From Candidatus Fervidifonticultor quintus (GTDB lineage: Bacteria; Sysuimicrobiota; Sysuimicrobiia; Sysuimicrobiales; Humicultoraceae): DNA of 61,830 bases. Made by a program: the position numbers and the translations under genes. The notes beneath the pieces are model-generated. The model was not told where the DNA came from. It ran no database searches and was given only the letters and a program-made list of their open reading frames with translations. Where the stretch lies: assembly GCA_031459535.1 (NCBI GenBank), contig JAVKIJ010000002.1, forward strand, positions 1 through 61,830. The letters are read 5' to 3'. This document shows positions 61,543-61,830 of this stretch, piece by piece. Within the stretch, counting starts at the first letter, position 1. Every line of letters begins with the position of its first letter.

Positions 61543-61830
61543 CTACTTGAGCGCCACGACATAGAGATTGGAGGGCATCATAGAATCCGACACGCACTCT
61601 GCCTTACCGTAGCTGCGAAGAGTGTCGTACTGGCGCTTCACGAAGCGGTCGAGGATCCCCACAGTGCGAGCGAGCACGTAGACGACTGGACGGGCCGGCC
61701 AGGCCAGATCGCACTGCAAGTCAATGCGCTCCAGGAGGATGCCCAGGGTGGCAAAAGGTTGACTCGACCTCGTGATGGATACAGCCCGCCAGCCGCGAAA
61801 GAGGAGCCGCAGGCCGTACGGGGTGAAGTG
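61543..61830 (-). CDS. Probable class I SAM methyltransferase, C-terminal part (runs off the window; absent from ORF track)
   Basis: Open frame HFTPYGLRLLFRGW...NLYVVALK*; FTxxGL motif typical of glycan-locus methyltransferases. Confidence 0.55.
   Translation of the reverse strand, partial: HFTPYGLRLLFRGWRAVSITRSSQPFATLGILLERIDLQCDLAWPARPVVYVLARTVGILDRFVKRQYDTLRSYGKAECVSDSMMPSNLYVVALK

Overview
GC-rich bacterial chromosomal window with about 55 CDS and three tRNAs (Thr-CGT, Val-CAC, Glu-TTC). No CRISPR, transposase or integrase was seen. Gram-positive-type LexA boxes, the ychF-rpsF-ssb-rpsR-yybS-rplI-dnaB order and the large ABC complement suggest a Terrabacteria lineage, perhaps Armatimonadota-like (inference only). 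1-10.6 kb is a nitrogen-compound catabolic cluster: class III aminotransferase, Na+:solute symporter with a small membrane partner, two creatininases, an arginine-synthetase (ArcE)-like P-loop enzyme, IclR and a PotABCD-type ABC transporter. This is the best candidate for an undescribed system, an ATP-conserving creatinine/guanidine pathway. 10.7-35 kb holds an Afu-type ABC transporter with a HAD hydrolase, a truncated NTPase, an aminopeptidase, two GT39 paralogues around tRNA-Val/UDG, DUF1177, an RND pump, a heptad-repeat protein and a GntR-controlled ABC/TIGR00725 operon. 36-41 kb holds a sigma-28-like/LytS/LytTR module, an SDR and a frameshifted M20 peptidase. 41.6-54 kb is the core block: dnaB carries two inteins (one at an atypical site) and is preceded by two LexA boxes and an 11-bp-phased array of DnaA-box-like 9-mers; an S6:S18 leader RNA and a J-protein/clpB operon with an unrecognised palindromic operator follow. 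54-61.8 kb holds a NarL/HisKA_3 pair, two secreted hypotheticals and the edge of a surface-glycan locus. All calls come from motif recognition by eye; no searches were run.
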